5,796 nucleotides of DNA from Raphidiopsis brookii D9 (GTDB lineage: Bacteria > Cyanobacteriota > Cyanobacteriia > Cyanobacteriales > Nostocaceae), in contig ACYB01000045.1 of the NCBI GenBank assembly GCA_000175855.1, positions 1 to 5,796 on the forward strand, in the 5' to 3' direction. A program made the translations under genes and the position numbers. The notes beneath the pieces were generated by a model. That model did no database searches, was not told where the DNA came from, and saw only the letters and a program-made list of their open reading frames with translations. Every line of letters begins with the position of its first letter. Position 1 is the stretch's first letter. This document shows, one piece after another, positions 5,705 to 5,796 of the stretch.

Positions 5705-5796
5705 TAATCTATCCCAAATGTGTTGTTATAACTATACTCTCTCCATGTTTCTAATAATAAATTAGAAAGGTGATAAAAAACACAGTCTTGATTTTT

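Larger units (their letters stand above)
5448..5796 (-). promoter_or_regulatory. Probable CRISPR leader region, reading leftward into the array
   Basis: Non-coding-looking, AT-rich sequence directly adjoining the last perfect repeat, with homopolymeric A/T tracts, on the side predicted by repeat orientation. Confidence 0.55.

Overview
The window is dominated by a large CRISPR array at 1258-5447. By hand count it has 57 copies of the 36-nt repeat GTTTCCATTAATTCCACTTCCTAGATGAAAGCGGAC and 56 spacers of 33-53 nt (mode 36, mean about 38.2). Both array ends are inside the window and no cas gene is visible. Three lines of evidence favour minus-strand transcription of the crRNA precursor. The reverse-complement repeat folds into a 9-bp hairpin with a tail ending AUGGAAAC. 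The only variant repeat lies near the left end. An AT-rich, leader-like region lies to the right (5448-5796). To the left are an intact AbiEi-family antitoxin gene (221-844) and a truncated AbiEii-family toxin gene starting at 841. The toxin frame appears fused near nt 1050 to a small fragment resembling an ISL3-type transposase. The most interesting signals inside the array are: two spacers encoding pentapeptide-repeat-like sequence on the + strand; several spacers resembling gene starts; two spacers that are almost entirely near-perfect hairpins; a variant repeat next to an abnormally long 53-nt spacer; and an apparent tendency for + strand spacer sequence to look coding, which would make crRNAs antisense to mRNA. 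A HIP1 octamer (GCGATCGC) in one spacer and the pentapeptide motifs suggest a cyanobacterial setting. I cannot demonstrate a new system from this window alone.
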